Shown here: one piece after another, positions 10,097 through 20,004 of the stretch
How the letters are laid out: each line of letters opens with the position of its first letter
Position numbering within the stretch: position 1 is the stretch's first letter
Virus record (IMG/VR): IMGVR_UViG_3300026549_001031
Strand: one strand, 5' to 3'
Source: a virus
Taxonomy: Duplodnaviria > Heunggongvirae > Uroviricota > Caudoviricetes
Length of the DNA: 64,000 bases
Program-made: the position numbers and the translations under genes
The notes under the pieces: generated by a model
Database searches by the model: none
What the model was told of the DNA's origin: nothing
The model's input: only the letters and a program-made list of their open reading frames with translations

Positions 10097-12388
10097 ATGA
10101 ATTTGAATAGGCTTATCTTGGCAGAATATATGCCATACGCTAAGGTAACTCTGATAAGCAGAGCAATTCCGAGAATTGATGGTTTCAAACCTGTACAGAG
10201 GCGTATTGTTTATACGATGAACAATATGGGGTTACTTAAGGGAGGTAGAGCAAAATCTCAACGTATCAATGGTCAGGTAATGGCATATCACCCTCATGGT
10301 GATAGCAGTATTTATGAGGCAGCAGTATTGATGACTACAGGTTATGAAGGATTGAACCTGCCTTATATTGAAAGTAAGGGATCATTTGGTAAGGTTTACT
10401 CACGTGACCTGAAATATTCTGCACCTCGATATACAGAGATGAAACTTGCACCAATCGCAGGAGAATTATTTGATGGCATCAATGAAAATGCAGTTGATAT
10501 GGTTGATAACTTTGACAATACATTGAAAGAGCCTAAAATACTTCCTGTTAAATTTCCTAACATTCTGGTAAACACAAGTGCAGGTGTGGCAGTAGGGTTT
10601 AGCTGTTATATTCCTTCATTCTCACTCAAAGGTGTTTGTGAGTCTACGATTGGAATTATCAACGGCACTATTGATTCACCTGATAAACTTGCAGATGTAA
10701 TTGGTAATCCTGAGTTTACAACTGGTGGGTACTTACACTCAAGTAGAGAAAAGCTTGTAAATTTGTGTAAGACAGGTAAAGGCACTTTCATGATCAGTGG
10801 AGATGTAGAAATCTACTCTGATAGAATTGTAATTACAGAGATTCCTTATTGTACTACAGCAGAAGCAATCATGGAGGATCTTGAGGCAGCAGTTAAGGAA
10901 AAGAGGATCAATGGAATTAAAGACATTCGTGATGAAATTGGTCTTGCCGGTTTAAGATTAGTTGTCGAGGTAAAGAGTGGGTATAACTCTAGAGAGGTTC
11001 TGCAGGAGGTTTGTAGACTGACTAAACTGCGTACAACAATTTCATTTAGAACTCGTGTGGTTGTAGATGAGCGTTGTAAAGAGATGGGAATTTATGACCT
11101 GTTGCAGTATTGGATTGAGAACAGACAGGAGCAGATTAGGAGAGTCAGAGAGTTTAGAGCTAACAAGCAGAAAACAGAGGCTCACTTACTTGAGGCTTGG
11201 GAGAAAATCTTTAATAACCTGCCTGAAGTAGTTCATATGATCAGTAGTAATACAGAGGATAATGCGCGTGCAATTCTGATGAGCAAATATGGTTTAGATG
11301 AGTTGCAGACAGATTATCTGATGGACATGAGAATTAGACTTATCACAAAAGATAGAGCACAGAAGTCAATTAACAAGCTTAATGATTTGAGAGCTAGCAT
11401 TGCTGAATTAGAGAGCATCTGCAGTGATAAAAATAAGAGATACAAGATTATTATTGAAGAGCAGGAAGAAATTTTAAGAAAGTACTCTAAAGAAAGCAAG
11501 ACAAAGATGGCAGTTGAGTTAAGCGAGGAAGTTTTGAAAGCTAAGAAGACTGAAATTAGTGACGAGCAGACAGTAGTAATTGTAACTGATACAGGTTATA
11601 TTAGAAGATTAACCTCTCTGAAAGACCTTACTGGTACATATGAATCAAAGAATGGAGACAAGGAGGTTATGAGGTTTAACATTAAGAATAACCAGCATAT
11701 CCTTATCTTCGATAGGTTTGGTACAGTTCATAAGGTGCTTGTGGATGATATTGATGCAAGTTCAAGAGCAAATATGACAGATAAGATTAACGAGATTGCA
11801 GGTATTGAAAAGATTTCAGACATTATCTGGATTGATGGTTGTGGTGATTACAAAGGATACTTCAATTTGGTTTATCCGAATGGACGTGGAACAAGAGTAA
11901 TGTACAGTAGTGCATCTGGTAATAGATCACAATACAAGAGCTTATATAAAGAGGTTAAACCTGGTCAGTATTGGGCAACTACAGAGAATAAGTTCTTTAT
12001 GATCACTCATAGAAACAAGGCATCATATTGCGACTTAACTAATCTAGGTCTTTTCAATAATAGATGTGCATTTAAGGTCGCTAGGGTGTCTAGTGGGGAT
12101 TACTTCGTTAAGCTTCATCCTGAAAAAGATGTGCCTAATATTAAAGCCATTGACCTTGACAAATACAAGAAAGATTACACAGTAGCTATTGGTGATGATC
12201 CTTTAGTGTTTGATCCTGAACTTGAGGAAAGAGTTAATGAGGCAATGAGGCAGGAGATTGAGCGTCTGAATAAAAAGCCACCTGAGAAGGGAAGTTTAGA
12301 GGACGTGCAGACAGTTGATGAGGCACTTGGACTTGAGGAAGGTACAGCTGCAGCTCAACAGGCAGAAATTGATAGCATGCAGGAGTAA
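10097..12388 (+). CDS. gyrA: Type IIA topoisomerase subunit A (GyrA/ParC-like)
   Basis: DGFKPVQRR, YHPHGDSSIY, catalytic SAPRYTE, ITEIPY, IRDE; no GyrA-box QxRGGxG seen. Confidence 0.93.
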   Translation: MNLNRLILAEYMPYAKVTLISRAIPRIDGFKPVQRRIVYTMNNMGLLKGGRAKSQRINGQVMAYHPHGDSSIYEAAVLMTTGYEGLNLPYIESKGSFGKVYSRDLKYSAPRYTEMKLAPIAGELFDGINENAVDMVDNFDNTLKEPKILPVKFPNILVNTSAGVAVGFSCYIPSFSLKGVCESTIGIINGTIDSPDKLADVIGNPEFTTGGYLHSSREKLVNLCKTGKGTFMISGDVEIYSDRIVITEIPYCTTAEAIMEDLEAAVKEKRINGIKDIRDEIGLAGLRLVVEVKSGYNSREVLQEVCRLTKLRTTISFRTRVVVDERCKEMGIYDLLQYWIENRQEQIRRVREFRANKQKTEAHLLEAWEKIFNNLPEVVHMISSNTEDNARAILMSKYGLDELQTDYLMDMRIRLITKDRAQKSINKLNDLRASIAELESICSDKNKRYKIIIEEQEEILRKYSKESKTKMAVELSEEVLKAKKTEISDEQTVVIVTDTGYIRRLTSLKDLTGTYESKNGDKEVMRFNIKNNQHILIFDRFGTVHKVLVDDIDASSRANMTDKINEIAGIEKISDIIWIDGCGDYKGYFNLVYPNGRGTRVMYSSASGNRSQYKSLYKEVKPGQYWATTENKFFMITHRNKASYCDLTNLGLFNNRCAFKVARVSSGDYFVKLHPEKDVPNIKAIDLDKYKKDYTVAIGDDPLVFDPELEERVNEAMRQEIERLNKKPPEKGSLEDVQTVDEALGLEEGTAAAQQAEIDSMQE

Positions 12389-12419
12389 TTGAGAGATATA
12401 CATCTTGGAGGAATATTAA

Positions 12420-14000
12420 ATGTGGGATAGAGCAGTAGTACCTCTTGGTATAGAGGAATCTTTAAGAACAATGTTTTCTGCACTACTGACCGGAGGAATT
12501 GACAGAAGTGATCCTGGTAATGCATCGCTTCTGTCAAATAAGTCAAAGACAGCAAGGATTTGTTACTCTAGGTTTGTAGGGAAGTTTACATACAATATCT
12601 TTTATAATAATTATGCTATCTTCTATGAGTTGTTTGTTACATTGGGTTTGCATACTTTCTCTGTTGAACAGGTGAGAGCATTGATGGATACAAATAGAGA
12701 CCTTATTCTTGATAGCCCTTACATTGATAAGAGTAAATATGCTCAGACAATCAATGGAAACATTGCAGATGCTGATGATATACTTGAGGCAATTACAGAG
12801 GACTTAATTGATTGTTTGGTTGAACTTTCACAGATTGAGGTTACAGAGGATGAATTTGGTTCAGCTTGTGAAGTCTACACAGTATGGTATAAGACAGCAT
12901 ATGCTGAATCAATTGCACTTGATATGTCAGCTATTATGTCAGATGCAGGGTTTGATGATAAGCAACCTGGAAAAAGAACAGTGCATTTGCATGGTTTAGA
13001 TGACATGGTTAAGTATTATAATAACAATATGAGAATAATCAAGTCATTGTCAGAAGAGGGAGCAGTAACAAGCACTGTGGTTGACTCTAAATGGTTTGAG
13101 AATGAAATGAAGAATGAAAACCAGAAAGACAATAAGGCACTGTTTCCGATTGGATTACCTGAAATTGATGCAACTGTTGGAGACCTTAGACGTGGCAATA
13201 TGTTAGGTATCATGGGACCTCCTAAGGGTGGCAAGACAAGGTTTGCTAACTTCCTTGTAGAAAAAGCTCTCAAGCTTGGATATAATGTTTGTGTCTGGCC
13301 TCTGGAAGGTACAGAGGAAGAATGGTTGTCGATGCAGACATCTTGTTATATGGCAGAGACATCATATAATGAACTTAAATCAGGTAAGAGAGAGGGAATG
13401 ATACGTATATCAAGTGGAGATATACTTGATAAGAAATACTTGAGTTCTAATGAAATGAGAAAGCAGGTAGCAGCGGCTAAAAAGGTGATTGCAACTAGTG
13501 AAAAACAGGGGCGTCTATCATTTATGCATGGTACAGCATATGTGGAGGATATGTTTGATCAGTTGCAGGCTCATTATGATAATGAGAATCCTTTTGATGT
13601 ATTAGTGATTGATCAGTTAGTAAACGTAATGTCACGTACAGGAAAAGGTAAGGTTGAGAGAATTTCTGAAGCATACATGCAGACGAAAAACTTTATTGCA
13701 AATGTGTTACCTAAAGCAGCATTGGGAATTATGCCTTGTCAGTTAAAACAGGAAGTTGTAGACTTCTTAAGGAGAAATCCTGACGAAACAATTGATGTTA
13801 CCGCAGGTGGTGAGACAGCAGAGACAGTTCGAACGCCTGATCAGGTCATTGGTTTATTCTCTTCAAAAGAGGAAAGAGCCAATAACATTATGAAAATTTA
13901 CAGCGTTGCATCTCGACATAATGAGGACTTTCCTGATTTTCAGGCTAAATGCTATTTGGAATGTTGTTTCTTCTTACCTCAAGATGATTCAGCAGCATAG
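12420..14000 (+). CDS. DnaB-like (SF4/RecA-type) replicative helicase
   Basis: IGLPEIDATVGDLRRGNMLGIMGPPKGGKT, LEG, Walker B VLVIDQL, CQL. Confidence 0.75.
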   Translation: MWDRAVVPLGIEESLRTMFSALLTGGIDRSDPGNASLLSNKSKTARICYSRFVGKFTYNIFYNNYAIFYELFVTLGLHTFSVEQVRALMDTNRDLILDSPYIDKSKYAQTINGNIADADDILEAITEDLIDCLVELSQIEVTEDEFGSACEVYTVWYKTAYAESIALDMSAIMSDAGFDDKQPGKRTVHLHGLDDMVKYYNNNMRIIKSLSEEGAVTSTVVDSKWFENEMKNENQKDNKALFPIGLPEIDATVGDLRRGNMLGIMGPPKGGKTRFANFLVEKALKLGYNVCVWPLEGTEEEWLSMQTSCYMAETSYNELKSGKREGMIRISSGDILDKKYLSSNEMRKQVAAAKKVIATSEKQGRLSFMHGTAYVEDMFDQLQAHYDNENPFDVLVIDQLVNVMSRTGKGKVERISEAYMQTKNFIANVLPKAALGIMPCQLKQEVVDFLRRNPDETIDVTAGGETAETVRTPDQVIGLFSSKEERANNIMKIYSVASRHNEDFPDFQAKCYLECCFFLPQDDSAA

Positions 14001-14202
14001 AAAAAGAGATAGCAGATTAGAAAAGAATTAGTAGTTAAAATAAAGAGATGGTACAGCTTAAATATGAATGGATCAGTGTGGAACTCATATCACACTGATT
14101 CGTTGATGTTTAAGAGTATATGAGGACAATGAGTTCTACATAGTATTCAATATAAAAATAAATTAAATTTTATTTATAGTTTTTGAAAGGGAGATACTGG
14201 AC

Positions 14203-14880
14203 ATGGCAAATGTTTCAAATGAGCTATTGGAAATGTTGACTAACTTTACAGTGTGTGAGATAGGTGCTGGTGCTTTACAGGGTATTACATATGCATTATT
14301 GCTAAAGGACAATCCGAAAGATGTTGAGGCATATAAAAGATATCTTAATATTGTGCAGGAGAGTCAAAAGTGTGGATTTAGGAGCAATGAGCTGTTTAGA
14401 GTGTACGAGATAGGAAATGGATATATCATGGACATGGATATCAGTACAGTCAAAACAATTACAGCAATCATGGCAAAAAAGATTTCTGATGAGAAAGCAG
14501 GTAAGAAAATTCCTACAAACCTGATTGGAGATAGACCAGAGGAAAGAAGAAAGAAGGACATTGCAGCTTTAGCTAGATACCTTAAGTCAGAGTATGATAA
14601 GGGTAACACACAATTGGAGTTAGCATTGTTTAGTAGGAACACTACACATAAGATTAGAATAAATGGAAAAGGACCTCGTGGAGAGGCATTGGTAATTGAG
14701 TACAATGCATATGCAATTAGACATTGGGATATCGAGTTACTTAATGAAAAATTGTTAATACCTTGTGGGTTTAGAGTATGCAGGATTCAACCTTGTGAGG
14801 TACTTCCTTCTAAAACAGGGGTATCATTTATGTTTACTCTTGAGGACGTAAGAGATAAAATTGATATGCATAGGTTCTAA
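14203..14880 (+). CDS. Hypothetical protein
   Basis: RBS and 225-aa open frame. Confidence 0.65.
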   Translation: MANVSNELLEMLTNFTVCEIGAGALQGITYALLLKDNPKDVEAYKRYLNIVQESQKCGFRSNELFRVYEIGNGYIMDMDISTVKTITAIMAKKISDEKAGKKIPTNLIGDRPEERRKKDIAALARYLKSEYDKGNTQLELALFSRNTTHKIRINGKGPRGEALVIEYNAYAIRHWDIELLNEKLLIPCGFRVCRIQPCEVLPSKTGVSFMFTLEDVRDKIDMHRF

Positions 14881-14908
14881 GATGATTTGAATAAGGTAGG
14901 ACAGATAA

Positions 14909-15256
14909 ATGGCAATTGTAATTGGTATAGTACTTATATTTTTATTGTGTCTAGCAATAAAAGCTTTTTTGAATCTTAGAGAAATAAAGAGAGAGTTCAC
15001 TTGTAGTAATTGTGGACATATGTCAGATATATTGGAGTCTGGGTTAAAATGTGATAAATGTCATAGGACTTATGCTAAGACATATAAGAAATGGATATTT
15101 TATTTCACAGCTACAGTGGTGACTTTAGATACCAGACATAATTGGTTTAAGTATAGATACAAAGAAGTAAGAAAATATTTCTTAAGGGAAATAGTAATAA
15201 TCAGTTTATGTATGATAATGCTTGGGGCATTTTTAGTAATACAGTTAGCTAAATGA
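14909..15256 (+). CDS. Small membrane protein with Zn ribbon
   Basis: N- and C-terminal hydrophobic helices; CSNC...CDKC. Confidence 0.6.
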   Translation: MAIVIGIVLIFLLCLAIKAFLNLREIKREFTCSNCGHMSDILESGLKCDKCHRTYAKTYKKWIFYFTATVVTLDTRHNWFKYRYKEVRKYFLREIVIISLCMIMLGAFLVIQLAK

Positions 15257-15271
15257 AAGGACAGTTAAAGA

Positions 15272-16210
15272 ATGAAATTAACAGTTAGGCAACCAATAGC
15301 AAAAAATGATGGAACATGTGAATTAAGAAATGTATCAGTAACAGACATTGTAGTTAATGGATATGCACTTATGGCTATTGATGGTTCTACATCTAATTCA
15401 GGTGTGGCTATTATGAGACAGCATGATTGTGCAATATTATACATTATTTCAGCTGAAAGAGACAAAAAGAATGAGTCACCTGTCAGGTACAAAATTGAGT
15501 TGAAACGTGCAATTAAGGATATACTTGCACGAAATAGATTTATTGATCAGATATACTATGAGGAACCTGTCATTGCTAATTTGAGTGCAGTATCTAATTT
15601 GTTTATGTTAAGGGCTTTCATTGAGGAAATGATCATTGAAAATGAGCCTGACTTTGACTACTTACAGCACTATGAAGTTCCTAATATGCGTTGGAAAAAA
15701 TTATTCCTGGAGCCTGAAAAAGTACCTCAGTTCACAGATAATCAGAAAGAAGCAGTTAGAAATAAATTGATTACAGGGCTTCCTTTCTTAAGTGTCATCA
15801 CACAAGATGAGGTTGATGCATTATGTATGGGATTTGTATGTTGTCAGACACTAGCAAAGGGTGGTTCTGGTGAGGACATTCAGGCAAAGAAGAAAGCACA
15901 TAGGTTTAAGTATAATATCAAGTTTATTGGTGCCGACGACAATGACTCAATGTTAGTTGAGCTTTGGGACATTTATGATGGACCTGAAAGCATTTTACAG
16001 AATGGCATTAGATTGACAGAGATTGACAGTAAGACAAAGTTTGAACAGCACATATTTGAGACAATGGGCGACGATGATGCTTTGATAATCGTCAAATTTT
16101 CATCTAAACATCACTCAAATCTTGTGCTTGAACATAGAATTGGTAACTTGTCTGCTATGTATGATTATATATACGCAGTTGTTTGGAGAGTTGCAAGGAA
16201 AAGAAATTAG
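15272..16210 (+). CDS. RuvC-like (RNase H fold) Holliday-junction resolvase with C-terminal extension
   Basis: MAIDGSTSNSGVAI, IYYEE, RWKK, DEVDAL acidic motifs. Confidence 0.7.
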   Translation: MKLTVRQPIAKNDGTCELRNVSVTDIVVNGYALMAIDGSTSNSGVAIMRQHDCAILYIISAERDKKNESPVRYKIELKRAIKDILARNRFIDQIYYEEPVIANLSAVSNLFMLRAFIEEMIIENEPDFDYLQHYEVPNMRWKKLFLEPEKVPQFTDNQKEAVRNKLITGLPFLSVITQDEVDALCMGFVCCQTLAKGGSGEDIQAKKKAHRFKYNIKFIGADDNDSMLVELWDIYDGPESILQNGIRLTEIDSKTKFEQHIFETMGDDDALIIVKFSSKHHSNLVLEHRIGNLSAMYDYIYAVVWRVARKRN

Positions 16211-16248
16211 CTATACACTATATTAAATTGAAAGGCGGTAGCAAGAAA

Positions 16249-16827
16249 ATGAGTAAGTGTGAATGGTGTGGTAATGAGCAAGGAATATTAAATCAGTACA
16301 CAGATGCAATTGGTGAGACACATAGTATTTGTAAGGATTGCCTTAGTAAAGTAAATGATTGCATTTGTAGAAAGTGTGGTACACCTACAGATTCTGAAAT
16401 GATGATCAATGGACTTTGTACAAATTGTGTTCAGGCAGACATGATGGAGAAGAGCAAGAAAAGAGAAGAAATCAGCATGGGGCTTCTTGACATTGATGGT
16501 GAGTGCTCAGCAGACACAGAAATGTCAGAGGCAGATTATGATGCTTGGGTTACATCAAGACCTATTTATGGACCTAAGGATTTGGCAAAGAGTTTAATTG
16601 CTAGAAAGATGTGGATCATGGTCAAATTAAATGCATCAGGTATTTATGATGAAAAGACCATTGGAGATTATTATAAAGACATCGAAACACTTCTCGACAG
16701 ATGCTTGAGTAAGTTGATTGGAAATAAGTGTCAGCTGGTAATTGGAAATAACGCTGAAAGAAGACGGCAGATCAGAGAAGGAAATGTAATTGACTTCGAG
16801 AATGAAGTTTATATTTTAGCAAAGTAG
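16249..16827 (+). CDS. Cys-rich double zinc-finger protein
   Basis: CEWC, CKDC, CRKC, CTNC. Confidence 0.6.
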   Translation: MSKCEWCGNEQGILNQYTDAIGETHSICKDCLSKVNDCICRKCGTPTDSEMMINGLCTNCVQADMMEKSKKREEISMGLLDIDGECSADTEMSEADYDAWVTSRPIYGPKDLAKSLIARKMWIMVKLNASGIYDEKTIGDYYKDIETLLDRCLSKLIGNKCQLVIGNNAERRRQIREGNVIDFENEVYILAK

Positions 16828-16840
16828 GGGATAATACAGG

Positions 16841-18007
16841 ATGATTAATGAGAATACATTGAAGAGTTTGAATAAATATGCATTTGGAGCAGATGTGGAC
16901 TCGCTTGAGTCTTTTATAATTGATTGTAAACAGGCTTCAGTACTTGCAGACTACAGAAAGTATGGTGACTCATACATGAGATTGAGTAAGTTGTTTAAGG
17001 AAATCAAGTCTGAATCAAAGGCTTTTAGTGATTCTACATCTATTGTTGATGAGATACCTATGGGGGATTTTGATTTCATATTTGATGAGCATAGGAACAA
17101 GAGGCTTCATAGGGTGTATGGTAATCATTTAGAGAACACAGTGGACTTCAAGAATAGTATCAATAATCATCCTGAAAAAGTAGTAGACCTGGTTGGAATG
17201 GTAAATGTACTTGGTGTTGATATAATTTGCACATATGTTTATGGGAACTTATACAAGATATATGCAGTTGGAGCAGATAGTTTGTATTTGGATCTCACAG
17301 AAGAATTAAGTGGTGCAGCCCCTAAAAGATTAGAGGGCATTAAGAAATATATGCTAGCACAGTTAAGTGGTGTGGCAATATCAAGTTTAAGAAATAACAA
17401 ACATGGAAATTGTATTACAGATACAATTAGGTGTTTAAGATGTCATAGGAATTACGATTCTATTTCTTTGGTATTTAAGAATATGTACCTTGAGGCTGAC
17501 GATGATGACACTGAGTTACCTTATGATAATCAATGGGATAAATTGGAGTACATGAGAGGAATGGGGTTAACAGTTCCTAATCATGGTTTAGTCAGAGGGG
17601 TGGACAGTGAGACAGTAGGAAGTGCATTTAATGCATTAGATGACTTCTTTGTAAAGAGTAAAAGTGCTGATTCATTAGAAGCAGGGCTTGATAAAGATGG
17701 CTATATCATCAAAGTAAATGATTTGACCAGTGATGAAATTTTAGAGGAATCAGTAATATACATATCCGATTGCATAGATTCACAGGAAGTTTTTAAGGCT
17801 AAAGTTAAGGGCATAAAGTTGTGTAATGGAGAATATGGAATTGAGCAGGTAGCAAGTATAGTTGAGCATAGATGTAATGTAAGATGCACAGTTGATACAG
17901 TTTTTATAAATGATATATACAGAGTAGAAGAACAAGGGATAACAGTTGGAAAACCAATAAGCTTTAGAGTAATTGATAATGTGGCAGAGATATTCATAGG
18001 AAATTAA
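16841..18007 (+). CDS. Degenerate NAD-dependent DNA ligase (LigA) adenylation/OB-like protein lacking KxDG
   Basis: NVLGVDIICTYVYGNLYKI aligns with KxDGxxxxxxYxxGxL; QWDKLEYMRGMGLTVP; DGYIIKVND. Confidence 0.5.
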   Translation: MINENTLKSLNKYAFGADVDSLESFIIDCKQASVLADYRKYGDSYMRLSKLFKEIKSESKAFSDSTSIVDEIPMGDFDFIFDEHRNKRLHRVYGNHLENTVDFKNSINNHPEKVVDLVGMVNVLGVDIICTYVYGNLYKIYAVGADSLYLDLTEELSGAAPKRLEGIKKYMLAQLSGVAISSLRNNKHGNCITDTIRCLRCHRNYDSISLVFKNMYLEADDDDTELPYDNQWDKLEYMRGMGLTVPNHGLVRGVDSETVGSAFNALDDFFVKSKSADSLEAGLDKDGYIIKVNDLTSDEILEESVIYISDCIDSQEVFKAKVKGIKLCNGEYGIEQVASIVEHRCNVRCTVDTVFINDIYRVEEQGITVGKPISFRVIDNVAEIFIGN

Positions 18008-18114
18008 GTAAAAGACATGCAGAACGTCCTGTCAATTATATAAAAATAAAATTAGTTTAATTTTTGTCTTGAAATTGGACTAGTTTTGAAAGGATTCATG
18101 CGGAGGAAAGTGTA

Positions 18115-19695
18115 ATGGACAAAACAAATATGTTTGATGATGCTCTTCTAGATGATATGGACTTAGCAGATGAATTTGAGGACATGGATTTAGAGGAGGA
18201 AAGTGAAGATGATGCAGGGACAAATGAGGAGGAGTTACTAGACGACTTTGATATTGAGGATGATGAGCCACTGGCAAAGGCACTTGAGAACAGTGATGAA
18301 AGTGATACAGTATCTGAAATTGAGGAAAATGCACAGGATTATTCAGATGGTACACCTGTAGAAGATGACTTACATGAAGAAGATGAGGAAGAGACACTTC
18401 ATGAGGAATCTAGTTTTATAAGTGACACAGGTAATATTGTGGTGCAGGACACTGATGATAATGGTAATGGCTTCTCATTGGTGTATATACCTATTGAGAA
18501 TATTGCCATTACACAGAGAATTAGAAAGATTGGCTCTGTAGAGGGTTTAGTTAAGTCAATTAAAAGTACTGGACTTCTGAAACCTATTGTTGTAGCACCT
18601 ACTTTGACAGATAACCTTTATGTATTATTGGATGGCTATCAGAGAATACAGGCTTGTGCACGAGCAGGAAAAACGGTCATGCCTTGTATTGTAAACAACA
18701 GAGTAAATACACCTGAAATACCTATTTTGGAGGCTATGTACAATCACTCAAAGAAGTACTCAATTAAAGAGCAGGTTGACTACATTGATTACTTGGAGAA
18801 TCAGAAGGGTATTATGAATCCTTCAATGATTGAGTATTTGTTACAGATGAATAGTGGTGATTACACTAAGTTAAAAGATATACTTGATGATAATGACGAC
18901 GACATTGTAACTAAAATGTTTGATGGCGTATATGATATTGCAACTGCATTCAAGAAATTGGAGCAGAGGCGTAAGAAAGAATCACAGGAAGAGAAAGAAA
19001 ATAAGAAGGCAGCTAAGGTTTATGAGAATGAAGAGACCTCTGGAGCAGCTCAAATTGAGGGTTCAGGCGAGGAGGCTGAAGGAGAGGCACTCAGTGAGGA
19101 ACAGATTAAGTCATTGGCAGTAAACCTTGACAACCTGGATGATGAGGTTGAGAATGAATCCTTAAATGACATGGTTGAAAAAGACAATAACATTGAAGGA
19201 TTTGAACCTCATAAGCAAAAAACAGGTGAACGTGAGTTTATTGATCCTGCTATTAAGAAATCAGCAATGGCACGTGATAATTTCACTTGTAGATGCTGCA
19301 ATAGGGGTGGTGAGCAGTATGTAGATATTCTTGATGCACACCATGTAGTTCCTGTATTTCTTGGTGGTGTAGACAGTTTGGATAATACAGTAATGCTTTG
19401 TGTAGCTTGTCATAGACTTGTACACTTGTATTCTACAGGAGATTTGAACATTGACCCTGCTTTGAGTAAAGACAACTATGGTGAATTGACAGAGGATCAA
19501 CAGAAAAGATATGAGAACAAAGAGATTTTTGAGGATGAAAAGAGAAGATTCAAGAAGATCATTGTTTTTGGAAGTAGAATTAGACATGGCATTGCTGATA
19601 AAGGAATGAACAGAGAGAAATATAAGAAAGAGCATCCTAATACAGGAATTGGTCGTAGAAAACCTGGAGCTAAGACACCTCAAGATTATGCATAA
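18115..19695 (+). CDS. ParB/Srx-domain protein with acidic N-terminus and C-terminal HNH nuclease
   Basis: SIKSTGLLKPIVV...LLDGYQRIQA (ParB); RDNFTCRCC...HHVVP..LGGVDSLDNTVMLCVACHRLVH (HNH). Confidence 0.85.
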   Translation: MDKTNMFDDALLDDMDLADEFEDMDLEEESEDDAGTNEEELLDDFDIEDDEPLAKALENSDESDTVSEIEENAQDYSDGTPVEDDLHEEDEEETLHEESSFISDTGNIVVQDTDDNGNGFSLVYIPIENIAITQRIRKIGSVEGLVKSIKSTGLLKPIVVAPTLTDNLYVLLDGYQRIQACARAGKTVMPCIVNNRVNTPEIPILEAMYNHSKKYSIKEQVDYIDYLENQKGIMNPSMIEYLLQMNSGDYTKLKDILDDNDDDIVTKMFDGVYDIATAFKKLEQRRKKESQEEKENKKAAKVYENEETSGAAQIEGSGEEAEGEALSEEQIKSLAVNLDNLDDEVENESLNDMVEKDNNIEGFEPHKQKTGEREFIDPAIKKSAMARDNFTCRCCNRGGEQYVDILDAHHVVPVFLGGVDSLDNTVMLCVACHRLVHLYSTGDLNIDPALSKDNYGELTEDQQKRYENKEIFEDEKRRFKKIIVFGSRIRHGIADKGMNREKYKKEHPNTGIGRRKPGAKTPQDYA

Positions 19696-19722
19696 CATAG
19701 AGAAAATAGGAGGACATAGAAC

Positions 19723-19950
19723 ATGTTTAGGAAAAACAATGAAAACGAAGAAAATGAAGTAAGTGGCGGACAAGTATTTGGTTACATACTTATTGGTTTA
19801 GCAGTTGTAATTATAATTGCATTTGTTATCTTTGTAGGAATAAAGATGGCAACAGGTGGTGGTAAGAAAGATGCAAAGCCACAACAGGTTGCCAGCGTAG
19901 AGGTTTCAACATTGGCATTGGAAGATGAGGAAAAGCCTGTGGTTGAATAA
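19723..19950 (+). CDS. Small single-pass membrane protein
   Basis: AGGAGG RBS; one hydrophobic helix. Confidence 0.65.
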   Translation: MFRKNNENEENEVSGGQVFGYILIGLAVVIIIAFVIFVGIKMATGGGKKDAKPQQVASVEVSTLALEDEEKPVVE

Positions 19951-20004
19951 GGAACAGACATAACTAAGTAAGGAAGAGTAAAGAAAGAGCAGGAGCATAG
20001 ATAG

